Shown: positions 48,459 to 58,368, counted from the stretch's first letter. The stretch is DNA of 64,000 nt from Schleiferiaceae bacterium (GCA_038145075.1 JAYQOY010000001.1:63464-127463), one strand, 5' to 3'. Notes: generated by a model not told the origin, from the letters alone. Made by a program: numbers and translations.

Positions 48459-49067
48459 TCAAAAGGGCGCGGGCACTTCAAACTGGAGCGTCTCCCCCGT
48501 CTTAGGATGTTGGAAGGCTAAATAGCCCGAATGCAGCGCTATGCCCTCCCGCTCCCAGGGGCTTCCCCCATAAAACGTATCGCCCAAGATGGGGTAGCCT
48601 CGGTGGCTGGCCTGAATGCGGATCTGGTGGTAACGCCCCGTTTGGGGTTCGACAACTGCTTTAAACGCCTCGATGCGTTCGCCTCGAAGTTCTGCCCGTT
48701 TACCAAGAGGCGCATCCACAACGACCGAACGGAAATATTCCGGCTGCTTTTCGAGTTGATCTACCCAGGTCCAGGGGCCTTCGGGAAGCTCCGTAGTCGT
48801 TTTAAACGTGTAGCGCTTTTGGACTGTTCGCTCTTCAAACTGGCGCATGAGGCCAGTACAGGCGAATTTATTCTTGGCCAAAACCAGGACCCCACTGGTA
48901 GGCCGATCCAGGCGATGGACGACCCACAGGTTACACTGGAGCTCTTCTTCCAGGAGCTCTTGCACATTGGGGTGACCCAGTCGGTCAGGCTCCACCATGA
49001 GTCCAGCACGCTTGGATACCACGACGACGTGGCGGTCTAGGTGGAGGATTTCGGGGCCTTCTTCCAT
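48459..49067 (-). CDS. RluA family pseudouridine synthase
   Basis: It has the catalytic motif HRLDRPTSGVLVLAK. The N-terminus (ILHLDRHVVVVSKRAGLMV) is typical. I prefer ATG 49067, which overlaps the upstream gene's 3' end by 31 nt. Confidence 0.8.
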   Translation of the reverse strand: MEEGPEILHLDRHVVVVSKRAGLMVEPDRLGHPNVQELLEEELQCNLWVVHRLDRPTSGVLVLAKNKFACTGLMRQFEERTVQKRYTFKTTTELPEGPWTWVDQLEKQPEYFRSVVVDAPLGKRAELRGERIEAFKAVVEPQTGRYHQIRIQASHRGYPILGDTFYGGSPWEREGIALHSGYLAFQHPKTGETLQFEVPAPF

Positions 49068-49729
49068 TGGACGACTGCGGTGTATAAAAGCATCATGAGC
49101 ATGCCGTAGAAGGCGTCCTCCACGGGGATAGTGCCCATTCGGACGCCCATATTTTCGGCGTTGTTGTACCACACAATGGGTTCTTCCAGGAAACTACCCG
49201 TAAGCAGGCCATTAACGGCAAAGAAGGGCAGCAAGGCCAGTCCCCACGCGCGGTAAAAGGCCGCGAGCCATGTGGGTTTCCATACAAACGCCAAACCCAG
49301 CCCAGCCCCAAGCAACAAGAATGTCCAAAACGTGTAGGCCTGGTCGGGGTGCTTCATCGCCCAACCGATGCATCCCAATGCGGCAAAGAGCGTCAGGGTG
49401 TAGACCCAGCGTTTGGAACCCTTCCAAGGAAAAAAGAGCTGGAGCACCTCGAAGATGAAGTAGCAGGCCCAGGGCACGACCACAAAGAATAGCACCTCTT
49501 CTAGAGGCAGACCGAAGAAATCCCAAGGAATGAGGTAGCGTTCGGTAAATCCCCAAACGCCAGCGCCCGTGAATGCGATGTCCCAGGGAAGGAAAAGCAG
49601 GAAAACCGCCATAGTGGCAGCAAGCAAACGCTTCCACTTACCTATGTAGAAAATACGCGGTTCAAAGGCACGCGTCAGTGGACCCAGAAAAACGAGGACA
49701 TCGATGAGCAGATAGAGTCTAGACTCCAT
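49037..49729 (-). CDS. lycopene cyclase domain protein (fused CrtYc/CrtYd-type)
   Basis: About 230 aa, polytopic and hydrophobic, with two similar halves. It follows crtZ with a 1-nt overlap (TGATG). The family call is from recall of Bacteroidota carotenoid loci. Confidence 0.6.
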   Translation of the reverse strand: MESRLYLLIDVLVFLGPLTRAFEPRIFYIGKWKRLLAATMAVFLLFLPWDIAFTGAGVWGFTERYLIPWDFFGLPLEEVLFFVVVPWACYFIFEVLQLFFPWKGSKRWVYTLTLFAALGCIGWAMKHPDQAYTFWTFLLLGAGLGLAFVWKPTWLAAFYRAWGLALLPFFAVNGLLTGSFLEEPIVWYNNAENMGVRMGTIPVEDAFYGMLMMLLYTAVVQWKKAPKSST

Positions 49730-50193
49730 CAGCCTTGTTTCTTGCGTTGCGCTGCAATCCACTCCCTAGGAACCCAAAGGAGCCCAAAATGATCTGCCCC
49801 CTCTTTGGTCAAGGTCTTGTGGTGCATTTTGTGCTTCAAGCGAACTGCCTCCCAATACGGCGAGGTGGTTTTACGCATGAAGCGGAAGCGCTGGTGGATA
49901 AAAAGTTCATGGACCAGGAAATAGGTCAAACCGTAGGCTGCAATTCCAAAACCAAAAGTAACCACCGGCCACACTTGGTAGATCATACCGAACATGATGC
50001 ACAACCAACTTGGAATAGCGAATATCAAAAAGAAGTAATCGTTCTTTTCAAAGAAGCCCGGTTCTTTGGTGTGATGGTCTGCGTGCAAGAACCAGAGTGG
50101 TCCGTGCATTAAGTACTTATGGGCGGCCCAAGCTGCGCCCTCCATGAGCACATAGGCCAGAATTCCGCATGCAAGGTTGATCATCGAGTCCAT
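49729..50193 (-). CDS. crtZ: beta-carotene 3-hydroxylase
   Basis: 154 aa with the His boxes HKYLMHGPLWFLHADHH, HELFIHQRF and HKMHH (fatty-acid hydroxylase superfamily, CrtZ size). Confidence 0.85.
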   Translation of the reverse strand: MDSMINLACGILAYVLMEGAAWAAHKYLMHGPLWFLHADHHTKEPGFFEKNDYFFLIFAIPSWLCIMFGMIYQVWPVVTFGFGIAAYGLTYFLVHELFIHQRFRFMRKTTSPYWEAVRLKHKMHHKTLTKEGADHFGLLWVPREWIAAQRKKQG

Positions 50194-50211
50194 AACACGC
50201 TTCGCTTGCCC

Positions 50212-51681
50212 TTAGTTCATGGCGCCAAAGCGCTTTAAAATCTCCACATAGTAGTCCCACGACTTCTGCACACTCGCTATTTCTACGCGCTCGTCGGGAC
50301 TGTGTGCGCCGCGAATGTTAGGGCCAAACGAAATCATTTCCATGCCCGGGCATTTTTCGCCAATGATACCGCACTCCAATCCCGCGTGGCAGGCATTGAC
50401 GTGTGGTTCTTCCTGGAAGAGGTCCACATAGGTTTGACGCATGAGTTTGGCCAATTCGCCACCCGGGGCAGGCTCCCAGCCAGGATACGAACCCGCAAAC
50501 GTCGTGGTCAAGCCGGCTAGGCCCAACACCGAAGCGATGCGGTGGGCGGCATCCATTTTTTCAGATTCTGAGCTGCTCCGCGTCAAGCAAAGCACTTGTG
50601 CGCCCTCTTCTGAAATCTGCACTTTCGCCACGTTGTTGGAGGTTTGGACCAGACCGTCTACCTCGGGGTTCATGCGAAGGATTCCCGCCGGGCAACCTGA
50701 AATAGCGAAGAGTAAAGCGGCCTGCACATCGGCTTCCAAGACCTTAGACTCCGTGGGGCCCGTGGAGGTCAAGGTGATTTCCAGCATAGGATCGGTGGCA
50801 TGATACTCCTTCTTAATAGATGCCGCGAGGGGTCCAAACGCCTTTTCAAGCACCTGGGCATGCGAAGCATCCATCACCACGGTCGCCTGACACTCTCGAG
50901 GAATGGCATTGCGAAGGTTACCTCCCGCCATGTTGCCGAGCAGGATGCAGGCTTCACGCTCGAGATCTCGTAGTAAGCGCGCCATCAGCAAATTGGCATT
51001 GCCACGGCCTAAATGGATGTCCATGCCGGAGTGCCCACCCGTCAATCCCTTGATTTGAAGGCTGTAGCCCATGGGCTCGACAACGGGCGCTTTCCGATAC
51101 GTCAAGCTGGACGTTGCGGTCACATCTATACCCCCGGCACAGCCAATCGTCAATTCGCGGTCGTCTTCCGTATCGATGTTCAACAAGTATTTTCCAGTGA
51201 TCCATCCTTCTTGCAAGCCAAGTGCTCCGGTCATGCCCGTCTCTTCGTCGGAGGTAAAGAGGACCTCAATAGCTGGGTGAACTAGTGATTTGCTGCGAAG
51301 CGTTGCGATCGCCATGGCGACGCCGATGCCGTTGTCAGCACCCAGCGTAGTGCCTTTGGCTTTTACCCAACCGTCTTCGATAAACATCTGAATGCCTTGC
51401 GTGTCAAAGTCGTGGTCGGTACCCTCGTTTTTCTGGCAGACCATGTCCAAATGCGCCTGGATAACCACCGTAGGTGCATGCTCCATTCCTGGGCTAGCCG
51501 GTTTGGTGATGCGTACGTTTCCGACCGAATCCTTAGCCGTCGGCAAGCCCAAAGCCTCCCCTACCTGTACCGCAAAGGCTTGGACCTGATCTTCGCGTTT
51601 GGACGGACGGGGTACCGCATTGAGTTCTTCAAATGCGTTCCAAAGTTCGGCAGGTTCTAGGTGGGTTAAAGGCGTAGACAT
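50212..51681 (-). CDS. pepD: aminoacyl-histidine (Xaa-His) dipeptidase, M20C
   Basis: The N-terminus is LEPAELWNAFEELNAVPRPSKRE. It also has QAHLDMVCQKN, TSDEETGMTGA and GAHSPDERVEI. I prefer ATG 51681, 3 nt after the upstream stop. Confidence 0.85.
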   Translation of the reverse strand: MSTPLTHLEPAELWNAFEELNAVPRPSKREDQVQAFAVQVGEALGLPTAKDSVGNVRITKPASPGMEHAPTVVIQAHLDMVCQKNEGTDHDFDTQGIQMFIEDGWVKAKGTTLGADNGIGVAMAIATLRSKSLVHPAIEVLFTSDEETGMTGALGLQEGWITGKYLLNIDTEDDRELTIGCAGGIDVTATSSLTYRKAPVVEPMGYSLQIKGLTGGHSGMDIHLGRGNANLLMARLLRDLEREACILLGNMAGGNLRNAIPRECQATVVMDASHAQVLEKAFGPLAASIKKEYHATDPMLEITLTSTGPTESKVLEADVQAALLFAISGCPAGILRMNPEVDGLVQTSNNVAKVQISEEGAQVLCLTRSSSESEKMDAAHRIASVLGLAGLTTTFAGSYPGWEPAPGGELAKLMRQTYVDLFQEEPHVNACHAGLECGIIGEKCPGMEMISFGPNIRGAHSPDERVEIASVQKSWDYYVEILKRFGAMN

Positions 51682-51683
51682 GT

Positions 51684-52970
51684 TTATCGTATGAGTTCTT
51701 CTGTGAGTTGATCGTGCGGAAGTTCTTCGTGTGGAGTCTCCTCTGGCGCTTCTAAGACGTCCAATTCCGCGGCGTAATCCACAGAAGGCGTCCATTGTGC
51801 CTGAACCCCATTCTTGCGATCGTAGCGGTAAATTAAGGCGGACTGGTTGTAGTAGCCGCTTCCTTCCTCATGCTTCCATAGGTAGATACGGCGTGGCCCT
51901 TCGAAGGCATTAGGTACTACCTCGTTCATATACGCCGCAAACCAAGCCATATCCAGGCCCAGCCATTCCCAGCGTCCCGGGGTGGTCTGTGCAGCATTAA
52001 ACAAGAGGGCATCTAGGCGGTGGAATTGAATGTAGTCCAAGCGTTCCACTTGTGACCAAACCAAAGGCTGGCGCATGAGGAGTTGGGCATCCAACGCACT
52101 ACTCGACAGCACGTTGCCGAGGGTCCAAAATTCCGTTTTTGCTGCTTCAAATGGGCGGAGCTGGTTGAGGATTCGGGCCGTTACCAACACCTTGTCGCTT
52201 AAGGAGATAATTCGCGTGAAAACGCCTGCCGCAGCAGAGGGGTCAAGCGTAGCAGAGCCTTGGTAATTCTTCTGTACAATATCTGCGGTGTTTCCGCCTG
52301 CAGCCGTGTAGGCCTCTAAGAAGGCGGCATCATTCACAGAGCCATCCAAAAGGAGCACGGTGCGGCTTTTGGGTGCCATTTTCTGAGCAGCCACTGCGCG
52401 TTCGGCTAAGCGCGTAATTTCAGCAGTGCGGTGAGAAGCTGCCGCAATCAAATAGGGCTTACCCGTTACATCCACCTTTCTGGAAACGGGGTTAATCACG
52501 GGTATCCCATTGGAAAGCGCGGCGAGGCTCTCGCTGGCATCTCCGCGGAAGGGTCCAATGATCTTGCATTCGCCCATTTGGCAAAGCGCTTGACGACTCA
52601 CGTAAGCCATGAAGGTCTCCGGGCTGTAGCTAACTAAAAAGCCATTGCGCTCTACACGGTAGGTATTGCTCGCCTCCACGTGCTCCGCCAAGACCAGTTG
52701 AATATCAAAGCCCGAACGGTTGAGCGAATCCACCCCTGCCCGAAGGCCCGTGTAGAACTGCACCGCCATGCGGTTCTTCATCGTGTAGGTAGCGGGTGCA
52801 TCAAAGTTCAACGCACTGGCGGAATCCATAGCGACAGCTACCTCAAAAGGTAGAGCGACAATCCACGTTTGACGCGCAATGGTGAACGTACTATCTGCCA
52901 AAAGGACTTGCCCCTGGACCGCCGTCGTGACGGCCAGCAGCGCTGTAAAAATGAGGCTTCTTATTCCCAT
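51684..52970 (-). CDS. hypothetical secreted protein (possibly periplasmic-binding-protein-like fold)
   Basis: 428 aa with a signal peptide ([11 protein letters not shown]). It overlaps the guaA 3' end by 10 nt. I saw no diagnostic motif, so the fold guess is weak. Confidence 0.5.
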   Translation of the reverse strand: MGIRSLIFTALLAVTTAVQGQVLLADSTFTIARQTWIVALPFEVAVAMDSASALNFDAPATYTMKNRMAVQFYTGLRAGVDSLNRSGFDIQLVLAEHVEASNTYRVERNGFLVSYSPETFMAYVSRQALCQMGECKIIGPFRGDASESLAALSNGIPVINPVSRKVDVTGKPYLIAAASHRTAEITRLAERAVAAQKMAPKSRTVLLLDGSVNDAAFLEAYTAAGGNTADIVQKNYQGSATLDPSAAAGVFTRIISLSDKVLVTARILNQLRPFEAAKTEFWTLGNVLSSSALDAQLLMRQPLVWSQVERLDYIQFHRLDALLFNAAQTTPGRWEWLGLDMAWFAAYMNEVVPNAFEGPRRIYLWKHEEGSGYYNQSALIYRYDRKNGVQAQWTPSVDYAAELDVLEAPEETPHEELPHDQLTEELIR

Positions 52971-54560
52971 TCAATGGTTGCGGGAGGCTTGCTGCTGATG
53001 TCGTAGACCACGCGGTTCACGCCCCGTACGTTGTTGATGATGCTATTCGAAATTCGGGCCAAAAATTCATAGGGCAAATGCACCCAATCCGCGGTCATGC
53101 CGTCCGTGCTCTGAACGGCACGCAGAGCCACCACTTGCTCGTAGGTACGCTCGTCGCCCATCACCCCTACCGATTTGACAGGAAGCAAAATGGCCCCAGC
53201 TTGCCAAACTTCGTCGTACAAGCCCGCGTCGCGCAAGCCCTGAATGAAGATGTGATCGACTTCCTGGAGGATTTTCACACGCTCTGGCGTAATCGCTCCC
53301 AAAATGCGAATGGCTAAGCCGGGCCCTGGGAAAGGATGACGTCCAAGCAATGCAGGCGACAAGCCCAAGGCCTTTCCGACGCGACGGACTTCATCTTTGA
53401 AGAGCGAACGCAAGGGTTCGACCACGGATAGCTTCATGAAGTCCGGCAGGCCGCCCACGTTGTGGTGCGATTTGATGGTCACAGAAGGTCCATTTACGGA
53501 AACGGATTCAATGACATCGGGATAAATGGTCCCTTGGCCTAAAAATTCAACGCCCGAAATAGCCATGGCTTCGCGGTCAAAAACCTCAATGAATACGCGG
53601 CCAATGGCTTTGCGCTTGGCTTCGGGATCTTCTTGGTTGTCCAGCGCAGCATAGAAATCGGCGGAGGCATCCACGCCTTTCACATTGAGGCCGAGGCCTG
53701 CATACTGCTCCAGCACGGAGATGAATTCGTTCTTGCGGAGCAAGCCATTGTTCACGAAAATGCAGTACAGACGGTCGCCGATGGCTTCTTTGAGCAGCAT
53801 AGCCGCTACCGTACTGTCCACGCCGCCACTCAGGCCTAAGACCACTTTGCCCCCGCCAATCTGAGCACGCAAGGCATCCACCGTGCTCTCAATGAAGGCA
53901 TCTGGAGTCCACGAAGGGCTACAGCCCGCGATGTCGTACACAAAGTTCTTCAGCAACTGCACCCCGTGTTCCGAATGGTGAAGAAGGGCTACAGCCCGCG
54001 ATGTCGTACACAAAGTTCTTCAGCAACTGCACCCCGTGTTCCGAATGGTGAACCTCCGGGTGGAATTGGATGGCGTAGGTTTCTTCGCCTTGAAAGCGGT
54101 AGGCGGCCACATGCACATCGGCGGTGGAACCCTCTACTACGGCGTTCTCTGGGAGGGCTACAATGGTGTCGCCATGGCTCATCCAGACGCACGATCCGAC
54201 GGGAACGCCTTTGAGCAAGCGCGACTCCCCTTCTACTGCCGCCATGTTGGCACGGCCGTATTCGCGGTGCGTGGAGCGGGCTACCTGGCCGCCGCGGGTT
54301 TTGGCCAAATACTGAGCGCCATAGCAGACTCCTAGCAAGGGAACGGTGCCGAGCATCGGGCTCAAATCAGGGGCAGGCGCACCTTCTTCCAAGGTGGAGA
54401 AGGGCGAACCGCTTAGAATGACCGCCTTAAAGTCGGACCAGTTCTCCGGAATGTGGTGAAAGGGATGAATTTCACAGTAGACGTGGAGTTCGCGAACCCG
54501 ACGTGCAATGAGCTGGGTGTATTGCGAACCAAAATCAAGGATGAGGATAGCGTCTTGCAT
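52961..54560 (-). pseudogene. guaA: GMP synthase (glutamine-hydrolysing), split by a 70-bp tandem duplication at the domain junction
   Basis: The N-terminal ORF carries the GATase domain ([29 protein letters not shown]). The C-terminal ORF carries the ATP-PPase P-loop ([10 protein letters not shown]) and the canonical C-terminus TIEWE. The total is 1600 nt, which is 1530 nt (510 codons) plus 70. Confidence 0.85.
53913..54052. repeat. perfect 70-bp x2 head-to-tail tandem duplication
   Basis: Positions 53913-53982 equal 53983-54052 (gaagggctacagcccgcgatgtcgtacacaaagttcttcagcaactgcaccccgtgttccgaatggtgaa). There is no spacer, and the flanking bases differ (c/a on the 5' side, g/c on the 3' side). 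Confidence 0.95.
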
Positions 54561-54566
54561 GGAGTA

Positions 54567-54574
54567 CAAAGATA
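54567..54574 (-). promoter_or_regulatory. candidate -7 promoter box TATCTTTG for guaA
   Basis: The reverse complement of caaagata matches TAnnTTTG, only 6 nt upstream of the guaA ATG at 54560. Confidence 0.45.
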
Positions 54575-54624
54575 CTTCGCATCCCCAGGGCATACAGCCC
54601 AAAATAGCAGGTTTTTCAACAGGT

Positions 54625-56226
54625 TTATTCGCCTGATTCGGGAAGCATCCAAGCCCACAGGAAGGGCATGCCTTCGTTCAGGTCCAGGTGCTGAATTAAC
54701 CCCTCTTCCAGCGCCTGAAAAGGCAATTGGCCAAAGTGGTAGGCCAGATCTAAGACGGTCCATGTCCGCTCTTGCATGGCCCCAGCGCCACCGCTTTCCA
54801 CAGAGCCTGGGAATTGAGTGGATTTCACAGCAAGGAAAGCTTCCCACCGTTCGCGTTGGGACCGTAAAACCGCCCGTCGAGCGCGTTCGCGCATTCGGTG
54901 TTCTTCATTGGATATACGCTTGAGCCAAGCCTCTGTAGAACGATCTAAATCAGAATATTTACCGTATTCCTTCTTCACAAAGGTTCGAAGGGCTTCCGCC
55001 ACGGGTAATGCACCCGCTTCAGGCGCTCCTTCCTCCTGGAGCCAAGCTTCGCGCACCTCCGAAATGCTGCTGTGGTACGACAGGTTCTGTGGGGCTAGTT
55101 TCTGCCATCTGCGCCAAGACGTGTCGGGCCACCATTCAAAGGAGGTCCGCAGGTGCATGCGCACAGCGGGCAGACTGCGTTGCTGGAAATAGGGAATGAG
55201 TTGCAGCCAATACTCCATCTCCCCTGCTCCGCCCGCGTAGAGGACGTTGGGAAGAATGCACTCTTGGTAGATAGGGCGCAGTATGGCATTGGGGCTAAGC
55301 GTTTCGGGCTGGCTTTGGACTCGAGCTAGCAGCTCTTCTTCGCGCACCGTGCGTGCTCCCGCCTGCCAGGCACCCTTTCCAAGGAAGTCCAGGCGCGTCC
55401 GGCGACCGTTCTCGAGCAAAAAGAGTGTCGAAGGCTTGACGTCCACTGGAGGCTCCCACCCTTGTGCCTTCCATGGCGCATCGTTCTGCGTCGAAAACAT
55501 GCGCTGATGCTGGATTTCATCCGTCCAAAGCTCAGCGGCCAAAGCCTTCAAGCGTGCATCCGAAGCGTCCAAGCAGAGCACGGAGGGATGCCAATGGGCC
55601 ATGAGCCGGCGCGTCGCATCTGCGAGCGTTTCGCCTTGGAGATAGGCCGCTCGGTAGACCTTCAGCTGCTCCGCCAGCGCGGCGTGCTGCCCCCAGTCCT
55701 TTTCCAGGGCGTCGAGCACTGGCCAGACCGCTTCCGAGGGAATGCCGCCAGTGGCCCATCCTTCAAAGGCATTGGCCATGCTGTACCGCTTTCCCTCAAA
55801 GGAAATGTGCCGAATTTCTTCCACATCGTGGTCCTCTGTCGCCATCCAGAAGATGGGCACCACGGGACGCGTGGGCACCTCCCATTGGGCGCTCAAGGCT
55901 GCCACTTCGCGAATCTTGCTGTGAACGTACAAGGGCCCACCTCCTAAAACCAGCTGGTGCCCACAGGTCATGGTCACGGCGCCCGGTTGGGCCAGCGCAT
56001 GAAGCTGGGCCTCTTGCTCCTCGGTTAGCCCTTGCAATGCGTAGTGATCTCGGAGCACAGCCACCAGTGTGGCGCGCGCCTCGGCCGAATAACCCGCCGC
56101 ACGCTCCTCGATAAAGGCATCGCTCAAGCCTTGCAGATGCGGTGAACCCGCAAACGCCCCTTCGCGCAGGGTGAGGGCCCGACGGGCCAGCGGCGTGCCT
56201 GCATGAGGCTGAGGGCTAAACTGCAT
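54625..56226 (-). CDS. bshC: bacillithiol biosynthesis cysteine-adding enzyme BshC
   Basis: About 533 aa. [15 protein letters not shown] matches the conserved BshC motif as I recall it, and the C-terminus has a coiled-coil region. I prefer ATG 56226, which overlaps the upstream stop by 1 nt. Confidence 0.75.
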   Translation of the reverse strand: MQFSPQPHAGTPLARRALTLREGAFAGSPHLQGLSDAFIEERAAGYSAEARATLVAVLRDHYALQGLTEEQEAQLHALAQPGAVTMTCGHQLVLGGGPLYVHSKIREVAALSAQWEVPTRPVVPIFWMATEDHDVEEIRHISFEGKRYSMANAFEGWATGGIPSEAVWPVLDALEKDWGQHAALAEQLKVYRAAYLQGETLADATRRLMAHWHPSVLCLDASDARLKALAAELWTDEIQHQRMFSTQNDAPWKAQGWEPPVDVKPSTLFLLENGRRTRLDFLGKGAWQAGARTVREEELLARVQSQPETLSPNAILRPIYQECILPNVLYAGGAGEMEYWLQLIPYFQQRSLPAVRMHLRTSFEWWPDTSWRRWQKLAPQNLSYHSSISEVREAWLQEEGAPEAGALPVAEALRTFVKKEYGKYSDLDRSTEAWLKRISNEEHRMRERARRAVLRSQRERWEAFLAVKSTQFPGSVESGGAGAMQERTWTVLDLAYHFGQLPFQALEEGLIQHLDLNEGMPFLWAWMLPESGE

Positions 56227-56876
56227 TATTCTTCGCTTGGAGGGTAGTAAAAGTACGTTCGAGGCTCCAGTTGGCCGTTGGCGAAGGCTTGCTGCAAGAT
56301 CTTCTCGATCCAGGCATCCTCTTCCACTTTTGAGGGTTCGTACGCCTTTTTGATGGAGATATCCCACCAAGAAGCCGTCACGTTCCACCCCACGGCTTGA
56401 AGCCAAGAGCGGTATTCCTTGATCACATCAAAAACCGTCATGTGGGTTTCGCGGTACACGAGCTTGCACAAAATTTGGCCTTCAGATACCGTGAGCTTGT
56501 GAAGTTCCGGCTCAAAGCGGTCCGCCAAATACTTTTGATAGCGCTTGACCATGCGCTTGCGCTTGAAGTAGTTCTTCTCGCTGGCGAGGCGCATATTCAA
56601 ACTGTCCAAACGCTCTCCCAGCCCCTTGGCATAGGGATAGACTTTAATCACGCGCCGCTTCAGCCTTAGGTAGTTTAGGCGCGCTTCGGTGTCCGAAAAC
56701 GTCGGCTTGTCCAAGACCATCACTTCGTCCAAGAAAATCCACGGCACGGTGTCCTGACCAATGACGGTGGCTTGCGACGGCTTGCCTTGGTAAATCACCT
56801 CGATCTGCCCCATGGCCTGCACACTTGCCAACAGACACGCAGCGTTGAGCAGGAAAATTCTTAGCGGCGACGCCAT
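56226..56876 (-). CDS. secreted hypothetical protein, probably DUF4294 family
   Basis: 216 aa with a signal peptide. LRLKRRVIKVYPYAKGLGERL ... SEGQILCKLVYRETHMTVFDVIKEYRS resembles DUF4294 as I recall it. Confidence 0.55.
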   Translation of the reverse strand: MASPLRIFLLNAACLLASVQAMGQIEVIYQGKPSQATVIGQDTVPWIFLDEVMVLDKPTFSDTEARLNYLRLKRRVIKVYPYAKGLGERLDSLNMRLASEKNYFKRKRMVKRYQKYLADRFEPELHKLTVSEGQILCKLVYRETHMTVFDVIKEYRSWLQAVGWNVTASWWDISIKKAYEPSKVEEDAWIEKILQQAFANGQLEPRTYFYYPPSEE

Positions 56877-58318
56877 GCGCTCGGAGCGGGATTCGCTTCA
56901 AGGCGGGGGCTTCTTCGATACTGCGCCAAGGCAGCAGCCAGGTCGTGGTCTGCGCCCGTGGGCAAGGCCGAAGCCTCAAAGTAATTTTGAACAAAATGCG
57001 TGTCAAATTCCCCAGAAACAAAAGCCTCATGCTCCAGCACAAAGCGGCCAAAAGGGAGCGTCGTTTCAACACCAATAATCACATAACGCTCGATAGCTTG
57101 GAGCATTTTGGAAATGGCGTCCGTTCGGTCCGTGCCATGCACGACGAGCTTGGCAATCATGGGATCGTAGAAAATGGGGATGTCCATGCCTTCTTCAATG
57201 CCATCATCGACCCGAACGCCCTCCCCCGACGGGCGGCGGTACACCTTGAGCTGCCCTATATCCGGTGCAAAACCGTTCCGAGGATCCTCCGCATAGACGC
57301 GCAGCTCCAAGGCATGGCCGTCCATACGAACGTCTTCCTGCCCATAGCCCAGGGACTCCCCAGCGGCGATGCGCAGTTGTTCCTTCACGAGGTCGAGACC
57401 AGTGATGCATTCGGTCACCGGATGCTCCACTTGAAGGCGAGTATTCATTTCCAAGAAGTAGAAGGCGCCGGACGCGTCGTAGATAAACTCTACCGTTCCT
57501 GCCCCCACGTAGCCACAGGATTTTGCCGCGTTAACGGCCGCTTCGCCCATGGCTTTTCGCTGTTCGGGACTCAGAACTACGCTTGGGGCCTCCTCCAAAA
57601 CCTTTTGGTGGCGTCGCTGCACGGAACATTCGCGTTCGTGCAAGTAGACACAGGTGCCCCGGGTATCCGCCAGGACTTGAATTTCGATGTGGCGGGGCTT
57701 CTGTACGTATTTCTCGATGAAGACGGCTCCGTTGCCAAAGCTCTTCTCAGCTTCCGACACCGCCATGGCGAAGGATTCTTCAAAGGTTTCCGAATCGTGC
57801 ACGATGCGCATGCCCTTGCCTCCTCCGCCCGCTGAGGCCTTCACCATCACAGGAAAGCCGATGCGCTCTGCTTCGAGCAAGGCTTCCTGGGCCGAAGCGA
57901 TCGCATGGGCCGTTCCGGGCACCAAAGGCACCCCAAAGTCCATAACCGCTTGCTTAGCAGATAGTTTGTCCCCCATAGTCCGTATGGCCTCGGGGCTTGG
58001 CCCCACAAAGACGATGCCTGCCTCCTCCACCGCCTGGGCGAAGTCTGCATTCTCGCTGAGGAATCCGTAGCCTGGGTGAATGGCATCAACGCCGAGGCTG
58101 CGCGCGGCCTCCAGAATTTTGTCCTGGCGGAGGTAGGATTGGGCGCTGGGTGCTGGGCCCAGGCAGACGGCTTCGTCGGCAAAGCGCACGTGCGGCGCGC
58201 GAGCGTCCGCATCGGAATACACGGCGACCGTAGCGATTCCCATTTCTTTGGCGCTGCGCATGATGCGCAGGGCAATCTCTCCTCGGTTGGCTACCAGTAC
58301 TTTACGAATCCTAGACAT
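56861..58318 (-). CDS. accC: biotin carboxylase (acetyl-CoA carboxylase subunit AccC-like)
   Basis: 485 aa with KVLVANRGEIALRIMR and an ATP-grasp domain (GGGGKGMRIV). It also has EMNTRLQVEHPVTE. No adjacent BCCP gene is present. Confidence 0.85.
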   Translation of the reverse strand: MSRIRKVLVANRGEIALRIMRSAKEMGIATVAVYSDADARAPHVRFADEAVCLGPAPSAQSYLRQDKILEAARSLGVDAIHPGYGFLSENADFAQAVEEAGIVFVGPSPEAIRTMGDKLSAKQAVMDFGVPLVPGTAHAIASAQEALLEAERIGFPVMVKASAGGGGKGMRIVHDSETFEESFAMAVSEAEKSFGNGAVFIEKYVQKPRHIEIQVLADTRGTCVYLHERECSVQRRHQKVLEEAPSVVLSPEQRKAMGEAAVNAAKSCGYVGAGTVEFIYDASGAFYFLEMNTRLQVEHPVTECITGLDLVKEQLRIAAGESLGYGQEDVRMDGHALELRVYAEDPRNGFAPDIGQLKVYRRPSGEGVRVDDGIEEGMDIPIFYDPMIAKLVVHGTDRTDAISKMLQAIERYVIIGVETTLPFGRFVLEHEAFVSGEFDTHFVQNYFEASALPTGADHDLAAALAQYRRSPRLEANPAPSAWRRR

Positions 58319-58335
58319 GACGGGCTTTTCACATG

Positions 58336-58362
58336 CAAAGTACGCATGAAATCCGTACTTTG
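58336..58362. promoter_or_regulatory. perfect 9-bp inverted repeat in the accC / aldolase-CBS divergent intergenic region
   Basis: The sequence is caaagtacg-catgaaatc-cgtactttg, centred in the 50-bp gap between ATG 58318 (-) and ATG 58369 (+). Each arm contains TACTTTG, one nt short of TAnnTTTG. Confidence 0.35.
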
Positions 58363-58368
58363 GCGCCC

